Source: Acidobacteriota bacterium
GTDB lineage: Bacteria > Acidobacteriota > UBA6911 > RPQK01 > JAJDTT01
DNA length: 64,000 nt
Direction: 5' to 3'
Assembly (NCBI GenBank): GCA_965217775.1
Contig: CBDCJH010000002.1
Coordinates: 608,001 to 672,000 of the forward strand
Shown one piece after another: positions 45,884 to 55,550 of this stretch; within the stretch, counting starts at the first letter, position 1, and each line of letters starts with the position of its first letter. Made by a program: the position numbers and the translations under genes. The notes beneath the pieces were generated by a model. That model was not told the origin of the DNA and searched no databases. It saw nothing but the letters and a program-made list of their open reading frames with translations.

Positions 45884-48148
45884 TCAGAGGTCGATAGTGA
45901 TGGGCTCGCGCCCCTCCTCCTTCGCTTCCACGGTGCCGATGACGGCTGCCTCCGAGTCACCCCCGGCCCGCAGCTCTTCGACACAGGTTTCCGAGCATTG
46001 TTCCGGTACGCTGGCAAGCAATCCACCGGCGGTCTGGGGATCGAACAACAGCGGGAAGGCCGGTGCTCTCGACGCCAGTCTAAGGTTCCGAACGGCTCCC
46101 CGCAACCGCAGGTTCTGAGGCTGCAGCGAGCTCTGGATTCCGGCGCCGGCGGTCTCGACGGCCCCTTCCAGGAAGGGGACGGCGGGCAACGAGATACGGA
46201 CCTGGACGTTGGAGTCCCGGACCATTTCGAACAGATGACCCAGAAGACCGAAGCCGCTGACGTCGGTGCAGGCATGGGCCGCTTGACGAAGAAAGCAGTC
46301 TGCGGCTTGTTGATTGGACCGGAGCATGGAGTCCAGAGTTCCACGAATCCAGCGGCCTTTGGCCTTCAGCCGCATCTGGGCGGCGAAGAGGGCTCCGGTC
46401 CCCAGGGGCTTGGTCAGGATGAGGCGGTCTCCCGGCGCCATCGTCCCCTTGCGCAGGAGCCGGTCGGAATCGGCGAGGCCGGAGACGGACAGACCCAAGG
46501 CCAACTCGGAGCCCTCCAGAGTGTGGCCTCCCACCAACTCCGCTCCGGCCCGGCGCAGGACCCGTCTCGCGCCTTGCAGCAACTCCTCCAATGTCACTTC
46601 CATTTTGTCTTCGGAAGCCAGAGGCAGGGCAGCGATGGCCAATGCCGTCCGGGGTTGGCCGCCCATGGCGAAGATGTCGCTCAGACAATGGTGGGCGGCG
46701 ATCTGGCCGAACAGGTAGGGATCGTCGACGATGGCCGGGAACATGTCGACCGACTGGAGGAGGACCTTGCCCGGCGGGACCGACAGCGCTGCCGCGTCCT
46801 CCGCGGCCTCCAGACCCAGCACCACATCCGGCGGGTTCCCCGGATCGATCCGGCCCAACACCCGTTCCAGGACTGCGGCTCCCAGCTTGGATCCGCATCC
46901 CCGGCAACGCATGAGGTGATCCGTAGCCGGAACCGCCGGCCTTTCCGACATCCCTCTCCGGTGGGAAGCCACCGGCTCGATGTGAATCTCCGAAAGACGG
47001 TTGAAGCGCGCCATGAATTTCCGGTCGAGCCAATCCTTCCAATGCCAGACCCAACGTCCCTCCAGAGACCAGGAGCCCCGAGAGGCCACGGCGCGCCGGT
47101 CCCCGGTGCTGATCAAGCTCAGGAACTTCCTCTGGGGATGAAACGGTTTCGGAGGAAGTCCCTGCAGGGCTCGGCGCAGATTCCGCTCGAGTGGCTTCCC
47201 CTGGCGGACCGCGAAGACCCCCGCCTTCTCTCGGGGATGGGGGACGACGGCGGCCACGTCTCCTGCGGCGAAGACGCCCGGATGTGAGGTCGACTCCAGG
47301 GTGGCTTCGACCTTCACGAAGCCTTGGGCGTCCACTTCCAAATTCGACTCCCGAAGCCAGCCGGGGGCCGAAGCCTGGGTGACCCACAGGATTTCATCCA
47401 GGTCATGGGTGGAGCCATCCTCCAGGAACAGGATCCGGCCTCGGATCCGGATGACCTTCAGTCCGGGGTAAAGGCGGATGCCGCGCCGTTGGAGCAGCCT
47501 TTGAAACCTGGTCCGGACCCGACGATTGTGGGTGGGGAGGATGGTCGCGGAAGCGAAAAAGAGATGAAATTCCGGAGCCTCGCGAGGGCGGCCCGATACG
47601 CGCCGCAGGTTTTCCAGCGCATGCCGGACCGACAACAGAAGTTCGACGCCGCCGGCTCCGGCTCCGACCACGCCGATGCGGGTTCGGGTGGCTCTGGCCA
47701 GGACGCGTTGCCTGACCTCGGCCCAGCGGCTGAGAAAGTTGCCGATGGGCTTGACCGGAACCACCGATTCGGCGGCTCCCGGAACCGGGTCCGGAGTGGG
47801 TGTGGAGCCGATGTTGATGGAGACCAGATCGTAGGGTACGGGCGGCCGGGAACGGCACAGGATCCTTTTGGAATCCAGGTCCAGGCCGATCACCTCATCG
47901 TGGTAAAGGCGGGCGCCGGAAAACTGGGAGAGAGGCCCTAGGTCGATGTGGGTCTCGTCGAATTCGTAGTGACCGGCGATGAGGCCCGGGAGCATGCCTG
48001 AGTACGGGGTGTGGACGTCCCGGGTAATGAGACTCAGGCGAACGCCCGGCATGGGCCTGGCGCCGAAGCCCTTCAGGACTCCCACGTGGCTGTGGCCGCC
48101 TCCGACCAGAACCAGATCCTTGGTGACGGGAGCTTGAATCCGATTCAT
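45884..48148 (-). CDS. selD: Fusion of FAD/NAD oxidoreductase (Ndh-2/AIF-like) and selenide,water dikinase
   Basis: N-terminal VGGGHSH, YSGMLPG, GAGAGG and FAAGD; C-terminal CRGCGSK, DIFAMGG, GGHT, LTKPLGTG, TDVSGFGLLGH and DPQTAGGLL. Confidence 0.88.
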   Translation of the reverse strand: MNRIQAPVTKDLVLVGGGHSHVGVLKGFGARPMPGVRLSLITRDVHTPYSGMLPGLIAGHYEFDETHIDLGPLSQFSGARLYHDEVIGLDLDSKRILCRSRPPVPYDLVSINIGSTPTPDPVPGAAESVVPVKPIGNFLSRWAEVRQRVLARATRTRIGVVGAGAGGVELLLSVRHALENLRRVSGRPREAPEFHLFFASATILPTHNRRVRTRFQRLLQRRGIRLYPGLKVIRIRGRILFLEDGSTHDLDEILWVTQASAPGWLRESNLEVDAQGFVKVEATLESTSHPGVFAAGDVAAVVPHPREKAGVFAVRQGKPLERNLRRALQGLPPKPFHPQRKFLSLISTGDRRAVASRGSWSLEGRWVWHWKDWLDRKFMARFNRLSEIHIEPVASHRRGMSERPAVPATDHLMRCRGCGSKLGAAVLERVLGRIDPGNPPDVVLGLEAAEDAAALSVPPGKVLLQSVDMFPAIVDDPYLFGQIAAHHCLSDIFAMGGQPRTALAIAALPLASEDKMEVTLEELLQGARRVLRRAGAELVGGHTLEGSELALGLSVSGLADSDRLLRKGTMAPGDRLILTKPLGTGALFAAQMRLKAKGRWIRGTLDSMLRSNQQAADCFLRQAAHACTDVSGFGLLGHLFEMVRDSNVQVRISLPAVPFLEGAVETAGAGIQSSLQPQNLRLRGAVRNLRLASRAPAFPLLFDPQTAGGLLASVPEQCSETCVEELRAGGDSEAAVIGTVEAKEEGREPITIDL

Positions 48149-48236
48149 GACTCGTCAGGAGAAGGTGGAGGCCAGCCGAAGCGGATCCCGGACCGCAGAC
48201 AATCGAGCGTACCACAGGGCGCGGATCGGGGAACCA

Positions 48237-48400
48237 TATCAGCCCGTGGCAAAAGTCGTCACGGCATTCGACCGTTCCTGCATCCCGGCGGACTGCGTTG
48301 CGATTCGGGCACATACTCCCGGTATGCACCCGAATCGCGCCTTGTCCGGCGGGCGCAGGAACGGTCTCGGTGCTCGCGCGACTTTCACCACGGACTGATA
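48237..48400. mobile_element. 164-bp MITE, copy 2 (inverted)
   Basis: Reverse complement of 38711-38874 with only a few substitutions; TA at both ends. Confidence 0.88.
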
Positions 48401-48504
48401 TCAGCTCGTAGCGAACTTCCCTTGTCCCTGCGACTTTTGCCCCGGGCTCACCTGTAGCAAAATACCGGGACGAGGGCGGGAGCGCTCTCGGGGCCGGGGT
48501 TGAA

Positions 48505-51117
48505 ATGAGATACGATCGCCGACTGCTCGCGTCCTGCCTTCTCTTGATTCCCGCATATTGTCTGTTTCTCCCGGCGGCGGCTCAGACGCGGGAGGCCGCG
48601 GAGCAACAGAGGGGGCCCGCCGGGCAGGAGGAGCCGGCAGAGTCCGAGCAGTCGCCGGAGGAAACGCAACCCCACTTGACCGAAGAGATCGTGGTCGTCG
48701 GCACCCGGGCCCAGCCGCGGACGGTGACGGAGTCGGTGGTGCCCATCGACGTGATCTCGTCCAAGGACATCGTCAGCCAGGGTGAGCCGGACGTGGCCGA
48801 CCAGTTGAGAAACGTGCTTCCGGCCTACAACGTCAATCCCCAGCCGGTGGGCGATGCGGCCCGGATCATCCGCCCGGCGACCCTCCGGGGCCTGGCTCCC
48901 GATCATACGCTGGTCCTGGTCAACGGAAAGCGGCGCCACCGCGGCGCCGTCATCACCTGGCTGGGGAATGGAGTCGCGGACGGAGCGCAAGGACCCGACA
49001 TTTCCGTGATTCCATCCATCGCGTTGCGCCAGGTGGAGGTGCTGCGCGACGGCGCCTCGGCTCAATACGGCTCGGACGCCATCGCCGGCGTTCTGAATTT
49101 CCTGCTCAAGGACGATTCCTCGGGCGGCAGCGTGGAGTTCCGTACCGGCCGCTTTCTCGCCGGGGACGGCGGCACCTACACCGTCTCCGGGAACGTCGGC
49201 CTGCCCCTCGGACCGGGTGGATTCGCCAACCTGAGCGTCGAATACGGCAACACCGCCGCCACCAGCCGCAGTGTCCAACGCGCCGACGCCGGGCACCTCA
49301 TTGCCGTCGGGAACGCCCATGTCGCCGACCCGGCCCAGATCTGGGGTTCACCCGCCATCGACGACGACTTCAAGTTCTGGGGCAACTTCGGGCGCGTGTT
49401 CGACCAGGTGCAGTTCTACGGTCACACCAACTACGCCAGCAGGCGGGTCACCGGCGGTTTCTTTTTCCGCAATCCCAATACCCGGGCGGCCGTCTTCAGT
49501 GCCGACGGCGGAAAGACCCTCCTCGTCGGGGACCGTCTCGACACCCAGGACGGAATCCTCGACGGTTCGGCCGGCTGCCCCCGGGTCCCCATCGCCAACG
49601 GGGTCCCCGACCGGAATGCTCTTGACGGAGTTTTTTCCGATCCCGACTGTTTCTCGTTTCAGGAGCTCTTCCCGGGAGGCTTCAGGCCGCAGTTCGGCGG
49701 CGAACTGACCGACGCGTCGGTCGCCGCCGGCCTTCGTGGTCAGACCTCTGTCGGGATGGTGTGGGATGCGAGCTTCAGCCTGGGTTCCAGCTCAGTGGAT
49801 TTTTTCATTTTCGATACGGTCAATGCGTCGTTGGGTCCGGCCACGCCCATCGAATTCGACCCTGGTCTCTACCGGCAACAGGACCTCGCCTTCAATCTGG
49901 ACCTGAGCTATGCCGTCAGTGACCAACTCCACCTGGCCGGGGGCGGGGAATGGCGCGAGGAGGACTTCAAGATCGGCCTGGGACAGAATGAGGCGTGGGA
50001 GATTGGACCCTACGCGCCTCAGGGCTTCAGTGCCGGCTCCAACGGATTTCCGGGATTCAGTCCCATCGCCGCCGGCCAGTGGGACCGGGCCAACTATGCT
50101 CTCTACGGCGACCTGGAGTTACGCGGACGTTCCAACAAATGGACCATCGGAGCCGCGGCACGGATCGAAGACTACGAGGACTTCGGAGCCACTCTCAACG
50201 GCAAGTTGGCGGGACGCTACGTTTTGACTCCGGCCTGGGCGCTGCGCGGTAGCGTCAGCAGCGGTTTCCGGGCTCCCACACCGGGCCAGCAGAACGCCTT
50301 CAATGTGTCGACCCGCTATGACCTTCAGCTCAGGGACCTGGTCAACGACGGCACCATCCCCTCGACTTCCCGGGCAGCCCAACTCCGGGGCGGCCGGCTG
50401 CTGGAGCCCGAGCGGTCCATCAACACCAGTCTGGGTGCGGTGGCCGACCGGGGACCGGTGAAGCTGACGGTCGACTACTTCCGCATCGATCTCTCCAATC
50501 GCCTCGCCTTGACCCAGTTGTTCGCCCTCGGTCCCGAGGAAGTGGAGACCCTCATCTCGGAGGGAGTCACCAGCGCCCGCAACCTGCAGAACTTCCGATT
50601 CTTCACCAATGACTTCGAGACCCGGACCCAGGGGATCGACCTGGTGGCCACGGTCACGCCCGCCTCGTTGGGAGGCGCGACGACGTTCGGCTTCCTCTTC
50701 AACCATACCGATACCGAAGTCACCGAGTTCAACCCGGGCGTGCTGGACGCCGTCCGTCTCCGGCAGTTGCAAGAGGCCATTCCGGGAACCCGCTGGAACG
50801 TCTCGGCCCGACACGACCTGGGCCGTTGGCGCCTTTTGGGGCGTCTGAACTAATATGACGACTGGTTCGATTCCCGGGACGTCCGAGTCTACAACGGCGA
50901 CTACATCTTCGATCTTCAAGCCTCCCGTTCCATTGGAGATGCCGTCACCATCACCGTCGGCGCCCGGAACGTGTTCGACAATCAGCCGGAAGAAAACCCC
51001 AACGCCTCGGCCGTCGGCAATCGGTACAGTCCCTACACGCCGTTCAACTACAACGGGGCGTTCTACTACTTCCGCATCGCCTACGAATGGAAATGGAATC
51101 GTGACGCCGGCCTATGA
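48505..51117 (+). pseudogene. TonB-dependent receptor interrupted by an in-frame TAA at 50851-50853
   Basis: EEIVVVGTR, LVLVNGKR and DGASAQYGSDAIAGV plug motifs. The same frame continues past the TAA (YDDWF...NVFD...FYYFRIAYEW) to TGA at 51115-51117. Confidence 0.85.
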
Positions 51118-51274
51118 GGGTCCCGCGCCGGGATTTCGAATGCGTGGTACCAGCGTCGATGCCAAATAGTAGACTGAGGCGGAGGGAGTGACCCCGGCGG
51201 CCGGCGGATGGCCCCATTCGGAAGGCTCACAACCGGCCCCGCGGCCAGAACGTCTCCAGAGAGGAGAAGGTCAG

Positions 51275-52183
51275 ATGCGAGTTCTCGTTACCGGAGCCAC
51301 CGGGTTCGTTGGACGCAGGCTCTGTGAGGTGTTGTCCGGGTCGGGTTGCCGGGTGACGGCACTTTCACGCCGCCCGGACGCTGCCCGGAAAACCGTTCCC
51401 AGTCTTTCCCAGGTCTACGCTTGGCGTCCGGTGGAGGAGGCTCCGCCGCTCGAGAGCCTGCAGCAGGTGGATGCCGTCATCCACTTGGCGGGTGAAAGCG
51501 TCGTCGGCCGCTGGACTGCCCGCAAACGGCGGGCCATCCGAGAGAGCCGGGTTCGTGCCACCAGGAATCTGGCCGACGCCATACGGCGGGCGGAAGCAGG
51601 ACCCAAGACGCTGATTTCGGCCAGCGCCATCGGCTATTACGGAGATCAGGGAGAGACGGAGCTGATCGAGTCGATGCCGGCTGCCAACGACTTCCTGGGG
51701 GAGGTCTGTGGCCAGTGGGAGAAAGAAGGCGCTCGCGCGTCGGAGACGGGCGTCCGCGTGGTCCATCTCCGTATCGGCATCGTCCTGGCCGCAGGCGGAG
51801 GAGCCCTGGACGCCATGCTGCTGCCGGCGCGGCTGGGATTGGGTGGCCCCCTGGGTTCGGGCCGCCAGTGGTGGTCCTGGATTCACCGGGAGGATCTGAT
51901 CGGCATGGTGCAGCACGTGCTGGCCGGCGAGAACCTCTCGGGTCCCTTCAATGCGGCGTCCTCGAATCCGGTTCGGCAAAAGGATTTTGCCAAAGTGTTG
52001 GGAAGGGTCCTGTCCCGTCCCGCGTTCCTGCCCACGCCCGGGATCGCGCTGAAACTGGTTCTGGGCGGCTTTGCCGTGGAGCTTCTCTCCAGCAAGAAGG
52101 TGCTGCCGGACCGGATTCAGGAGAGTGGCTACCGCTTTCGTTTCCCCGATCTGGAACCGGCGCTCCGGGAAATCCTGGGGTAG
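51275..52183 (+). CDS. TIGR01777-family NAD-dependent epimerase
   Basis: VTGATGFVG, HLAGE, SASAIGYYG, GSGRQWWSWIH and C-terminal GYRFRFP motifs. Confidence 0.88.
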   Translation: MRVLVTGATGFVGRRLCEVLSGSGCRVTALSRRPDAARKTVPSLSQVYAWRPVEEAPPLESLQQVDAVIHLAGESVVGRWTARKRRAIRESRVRATRNLADAIRRAEAGPKTLISASAIGYYGDQGETELIESMPAANDFLGEVCGQWEKEGARASETGVRVVHLRIGIVLAAGGGALDAMLLPARLGLGGPLGSGRQWWSWIHREDLIGMVQHVLAGENLSGPFNAASSNPVRQKDFAKVLGRVLSRPAFLPTPGIALKLVLGGFAVELLSSKKVLPDRIQESGYRFRFPDLEPALREILG

Positions 52184-52238
52184 CCGTGAGTCACTGCGGG
52201 CTTGCCCGGCTCCCGGCGGGCAAGCTGCGAAGCATCCT

Positions 52239-52625
52239 TTACCTCAACGGTTTCGGGCGATAGACGAATTGGAGGATGTTGCCCTCGAGATCGGGAAAGA
52301 AAGCCAGCTTGGTGCCGGTAGAACTCACGGAGATGGGTTGCAGGAGTTCGATGCCCCGCTCCTTGATGTGCTGGCAGGCTTCTTCGAAGTCGACGACGGT
52401 GAAGGCAAGGTGGCGGATGCCGGCGTCGTCCCCTTCGGCTTCCATGCGGGGACGGTCGCTGGAGGGAAGGATCTCCAGGACTCCGGTTCCGGGAACGGCC
52501 ACGAAGTAGGTGGAGTACGCCTCGTCGGCTACGGCGATCTCGCATCCCAGGTTCGTGCAGTACCAGTCGGCCAGCGCTGTAGGGTCATCGGCCACGATGG
52601 CCACATGTTCCAATGCTGTGATCAT
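52239..52625 (-). CDS. VOC/glyoxalase family protein
   Basis: LEHVAI, GIRHLAF and FFPDLEGN motifs. Confidence 0.85.
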   Translation of the reverse strand: MITALEHVAIVADDPTALADWYCTNLGCEIAVADEAYSTYFVAVPGTGVLEILPSSDRPRMEAEGDDAGIRHLAFTVVDFEEACQHIKERGIELLQPISVSSTGTKLAFFPDLEGNILQFVYRPKPLR

Positions 52626-52716
52626 GACTCGTCTCCTTCCGTTCGGCGGGGCATTCCCCGGAGGCTATGGACCGCCAGTTTATGCAACCGGAAGGAAAGA
52701 AAAAAGAGAAAACAGC

Positions 52717-52842
52717 GTAGGGGCGACCCTTGTGGTCGCCCTCCCTGACCCTTGTGGTCGCCCTCCCTGACCCTTGTGGTCGCCCTCCCCGGGCCGAGAG
52801 CAGTGAGAGGCGACAGCGGGCACCCACAAGGGGTGCCCCTAC
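52717..52842. repeat. Inverted GTAG REP pair (REPIN-like) with three tandem ~22-bp GACCCTTGTGGTCGCCCTCCC units
   Basis: GTAGGGGCGACCCTTGTGGTCGCCC at the left end and GGGCACCCACAAGGGGTGCCCCTAC at the right end. Confidence 0.8.
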
Positions 52843-52949
52843 GTGCCGACCATGGCACCGGAGCCGTACCGTTCAAGTGAGATGCGGGAAGGGTCGAATG
52901 CCGTGACGTGGTCTGACCCGGACTGTTACTATCCTGGGGCTTCGCGGGG

Positions 52950-53771
52950 ATGAACATGGCTCTTGGGAACCAGGTCGCGGTGGTGACGGGAGCCGCCCAG
53001 GGTCTGGGGTTGGCTATCGCCCGGAGGCTGGCGCAAGATGGGGCCTCCGTCCTGCTCTGCGACCTCCAGGAAGAAAAAGTCCGCCGAGTCGCCGACGCTT
53101 TGATCAGGGACGGGCTCCAGGCCGAGTCGGCCCCTCTGGACGTGACCGACGCCCCGGCAGTGACCGCCGTCTTCGAGGAGACGTTCCGGAACCGGGGGAG
53201 GTTGGACATTCTGGTCAACAGCGCCGGTCTGGGCCAGAAGGTGACCCCGACCGTGGAGTTGGCCGACGAAGAGTGGAAACGCATCCTGGAGGTGAATCTG
53301 ACCGGGACCTTCTACTGTTGCCGGGCGGCGGGCCGGCTGATGCGGCGGCAGGAATCGGGAAGCATGGTGAACCTGGCGTCCATCAATGCCCACAGTCCGG
53401 CGGCTCTGGTGGCCGCCTACAACGCGGCCAAGGCGGGCGTCGCAAGCCTGACCCGGACGCTCGCCATCGAGTTGGCCTCCTATGGTGTCCGGGTCAATGC
53501 CGTGAGCCCGGGTCCCGTCTACACCGACTTCAACCGCAAGACCATGGCTCAACGTAGCCGGACGCTGGGGATTACTCGGGACGAGATGGTCGAGCGGGTC
53601 CGCCGATCGATCCCGTTGGGACGCTGGGGAGATCCCCAGGACATCGCCTCCATGGTCGCCTTCCTGTGCGGGTCCGAAGCCTCCTGGATCACGGGCCAGG
53701 TGTTCCAGGTGACGGGAGGTCTGCAGGGCGTTTCGGCGACTCCCCCCAGGATCCCCAGGACCGAAGAATGA
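52950..53771 (+). CDS. Short-chain dehydrogenase/reductase
   Basis: TGAAQGLG, VNSAG, YNAAK and NAVSPG motifs. Confidence 0.92.
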   Translation: MNMALGNQVAVVTGAAQGLGLAIARRLAQDGASVLLCDLQEEKVRRVADALIRDGLQAESAPLDVTDAPAVTAVFEETFRNRGRLDILVNSAGLGQKVTPTVELADEEWKRILEVNLTGTFYCCRAAGRLMRRQESGSMVNLASINAHSPAALVAAYNAAKAGVASLTRTLAIELASYGVRVNAVSPGPVYTDFNRKTMAQRSRTLGITRDEMVERVRRSIPLGRWGDPQDIASMVAFLCGSEASWITGQVFQVTGGLQGVSATPPRIPRTEE

Positions 53772-54772
53772 AACCCACCGTCTTCATCCCCGAACCCATC
53801 GCGGCTCCCGGGGTGGAGTTGCTGCGCCGGCATTGTCATTGCCGGACGCCGTGGGAAGAGGGGGTCACCGTGCCGCCGGAGCCGGACGCCGCAGGAGCGG
53901 CTCCCCACCGGGCCGCCGTCCGGGACGCGGATGCGGCCCTGGTGCGCCTCTTCCAGGTCGGAGCCGACGATATTCGGAACGCGCGCCGCCTCAAGGTGAT
54001 CGGCAAGCATGGGGTCGGGGTGGACAACATCGACTGCGAGGCGGCGACCTCCGGAGGCCTGCCCGTCGTCTACACGCCCGGTTCCAACGGCCGGACCGTG
54101 GCCGAACACGCCATGGCGCTGATGCTGGCCCTCTCCCGGCAGATCTATCCCTCGAGCCACGCCATCCGTTCCGGAACCATGGAGGACCGGAATCGTTACC
54201 AGGGGGTGGAGCTTGCCGGGAAAAACCTGGGCCTGATCGGTCTGGGCCGCATTGGAAGCCGCGTCGCCGGGATCGCCTCCGGCGGGTTCGGTATGGAGGT
54301 GCGCGCCTACGACCCGTTTCTGCGCCCCGGATCGACGACGGGAGCGGCCGTTCTGGAAGATTCGCTGGAGGTGCTTCTGGCCTGGGCCGACTTCATCAGT
54401 CTCCACGTTCCTCTGAGTGACGAGACCCATCATCTCATCGACCAGGAGCGCCTGAAGCTGATGAAGCCCGGTTGCCGGCTGGTGAACACCTCCAGAGGGC
54501 CCGTCATCGACGAGGCGGCCCTGGCCGAGGCGCTGCGGGAGGGACGGCTGGCCGGCGCCGCCCTGGATGTCTTCGAAGAGGAACCTCTGCCGGCGGATCA
54601 TCTCCTTTGCCGAACGCCCAACACTCTGTTGACGCCTCACATCTCCGGCTTGACGGACAGCGCTCTGGAGCGCGCTTCCCTGATGGCCGCCCAGGGCATC
54701 CTGGACGTGCTCCAGGGGCGGCGCCCGGAGCATGTCGCCAACCCCGGTTATTTTGAGAATCAGGATTCATGA
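53768..54772 (+). CDS. D-isomer-specific 2-hydroxyacid dehydrogenase (SerA-like)
   Basis: GVGVDNID, GLGRIG, NTSRG, LDVFEEEP and TPHI motifs. Confidence 0.9.
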   Translation: MKPTVFIPEPIAAPGVELLRRHCHCRTPWEEGVTVPPEPDAAGAAPHRAAVRDADAALVRLFQVGADDIRNARRLKVIGKHGVGVDNIDCEAATSGGLPVVYTPGSNGRTVAEHAMALMLALSRQIYPSSHAIRSGTMEDRNRYQGVELAGKNLGLIGLGRIGSRVAGIASGGFGMEVRAYDPFLRPGSTTGAAVLEDSLEVLLAWADFISLHVPLSDETHHLIDQERLKLMKPGCRLVNTSRGPVIDEAALAEALREGRLAGAALDVFEEEPLPADHLLCRTPNTLLTPHISGLTDSALERASLMAAQGILDVLQGRRPEHVANPGYFENQDS

Positions 54773-54800
54773 ATCAGGACTTGATGAAGGAAGATCAGCC

Positions 54801-55538
54801 ATGACCATCCCTTTGGACCAGATCGCCAACATGCCGGCCTTTTCTCCCTACTATCCCCCACTGCCGGCCCGCTACCGGAACGTGCGCTTCCAAATGGTCT
54901 GCTTCCGGGCGGACAAGTCTGCATTGGACCGGGTCCTCCCCTGGTGTTTCGAGCCGGACCCGGAAGGCAACTGCGCCGCCATCGGTATCGACGCGACCTG
55001 GACGGCCAACTACGGGGGGTTTCTGGAGAGTGTGCTCACCGTCAAGTGCAGCTACCAGGGAGAGCCGGGCTACTTTGCGCCCATCGCGTTCCTCAACTCC
55101 AAGTCCAGCATTCCCGCGGGACGGGAGATCTACGGTACGCCCAAGGTGTATTCCGACATTCGGGTGGGAATGGACGAGCGGGTCATGTATACGGACACTC
55201 GGCTGGCCGGAGCCTCGATTCTGGCGATCCGGTCCACCATGCACCGCCCAATGGACCCCGAGAGCATGCCCGTGTTTGCTCCTTCCTGGCGCCTGAAGGC
55301 GATCCCCAGGGTGGACGGCAAGGGATTCGACGTGCTCCAGGTCATCGACGGGGCCAAGTGCACCTCGGACGTGACCGTCCACGTCTGCCGGGCCGGCGAC
55401 GGGGTCGTGCAGTTCGATCCCTCACCCATCTACGATCTGACCGACTTCGCTCCCCGGGAGTACCTGGGGGCGTACTACATGGAGACCGACTACACCGAAG
55501 GGTTCGCCGAGATCGTCCACGACTTTCTGAGGGAATAG
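54801..55538 (+). CDS. Acetoacetate decarboxylase family protein
   Basis: GREIYGTPK Schiff-base Lys motif. Confidence 0.8.
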   Translation: MTIPLDQIANMPAFSPYYPPLPARYRNVRFQMVCFRADKSALDRVLPWCFEPDPEGNCAAIGIDATWTANYGGFLESVLTVKCSYQGEPGYFAPIAFLNSKSSIPAGREIYGTPKVYSDIRVGMDERVMYTDTRLAGASILAIRSTMHRPMDPESMPVFAPSWRLKAIPRVDGKGFDVLQVIDGAKCTSDVTVHVCRAGDGVVQFDPSPIYDLTDFAPREYLGAYYMETDYTEGFAEIVHDFLRE

Positions 55539-55550
55539 CCGTTCGTTCAG

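Noticed and set aside
50851-50853. Programmed readthrough or Sec/Pyl recoding in the TonB receptor
   Set aside because: The stop is TAA, not TGA or TAG, and other genes in the window end normally in TAA.
52725-52790. Three direct 22-bp repeats as CRISPR or iterons
   Set aside because: They are head-to-tail with no spacers and derive from the REP sequence; there is no rep gene.
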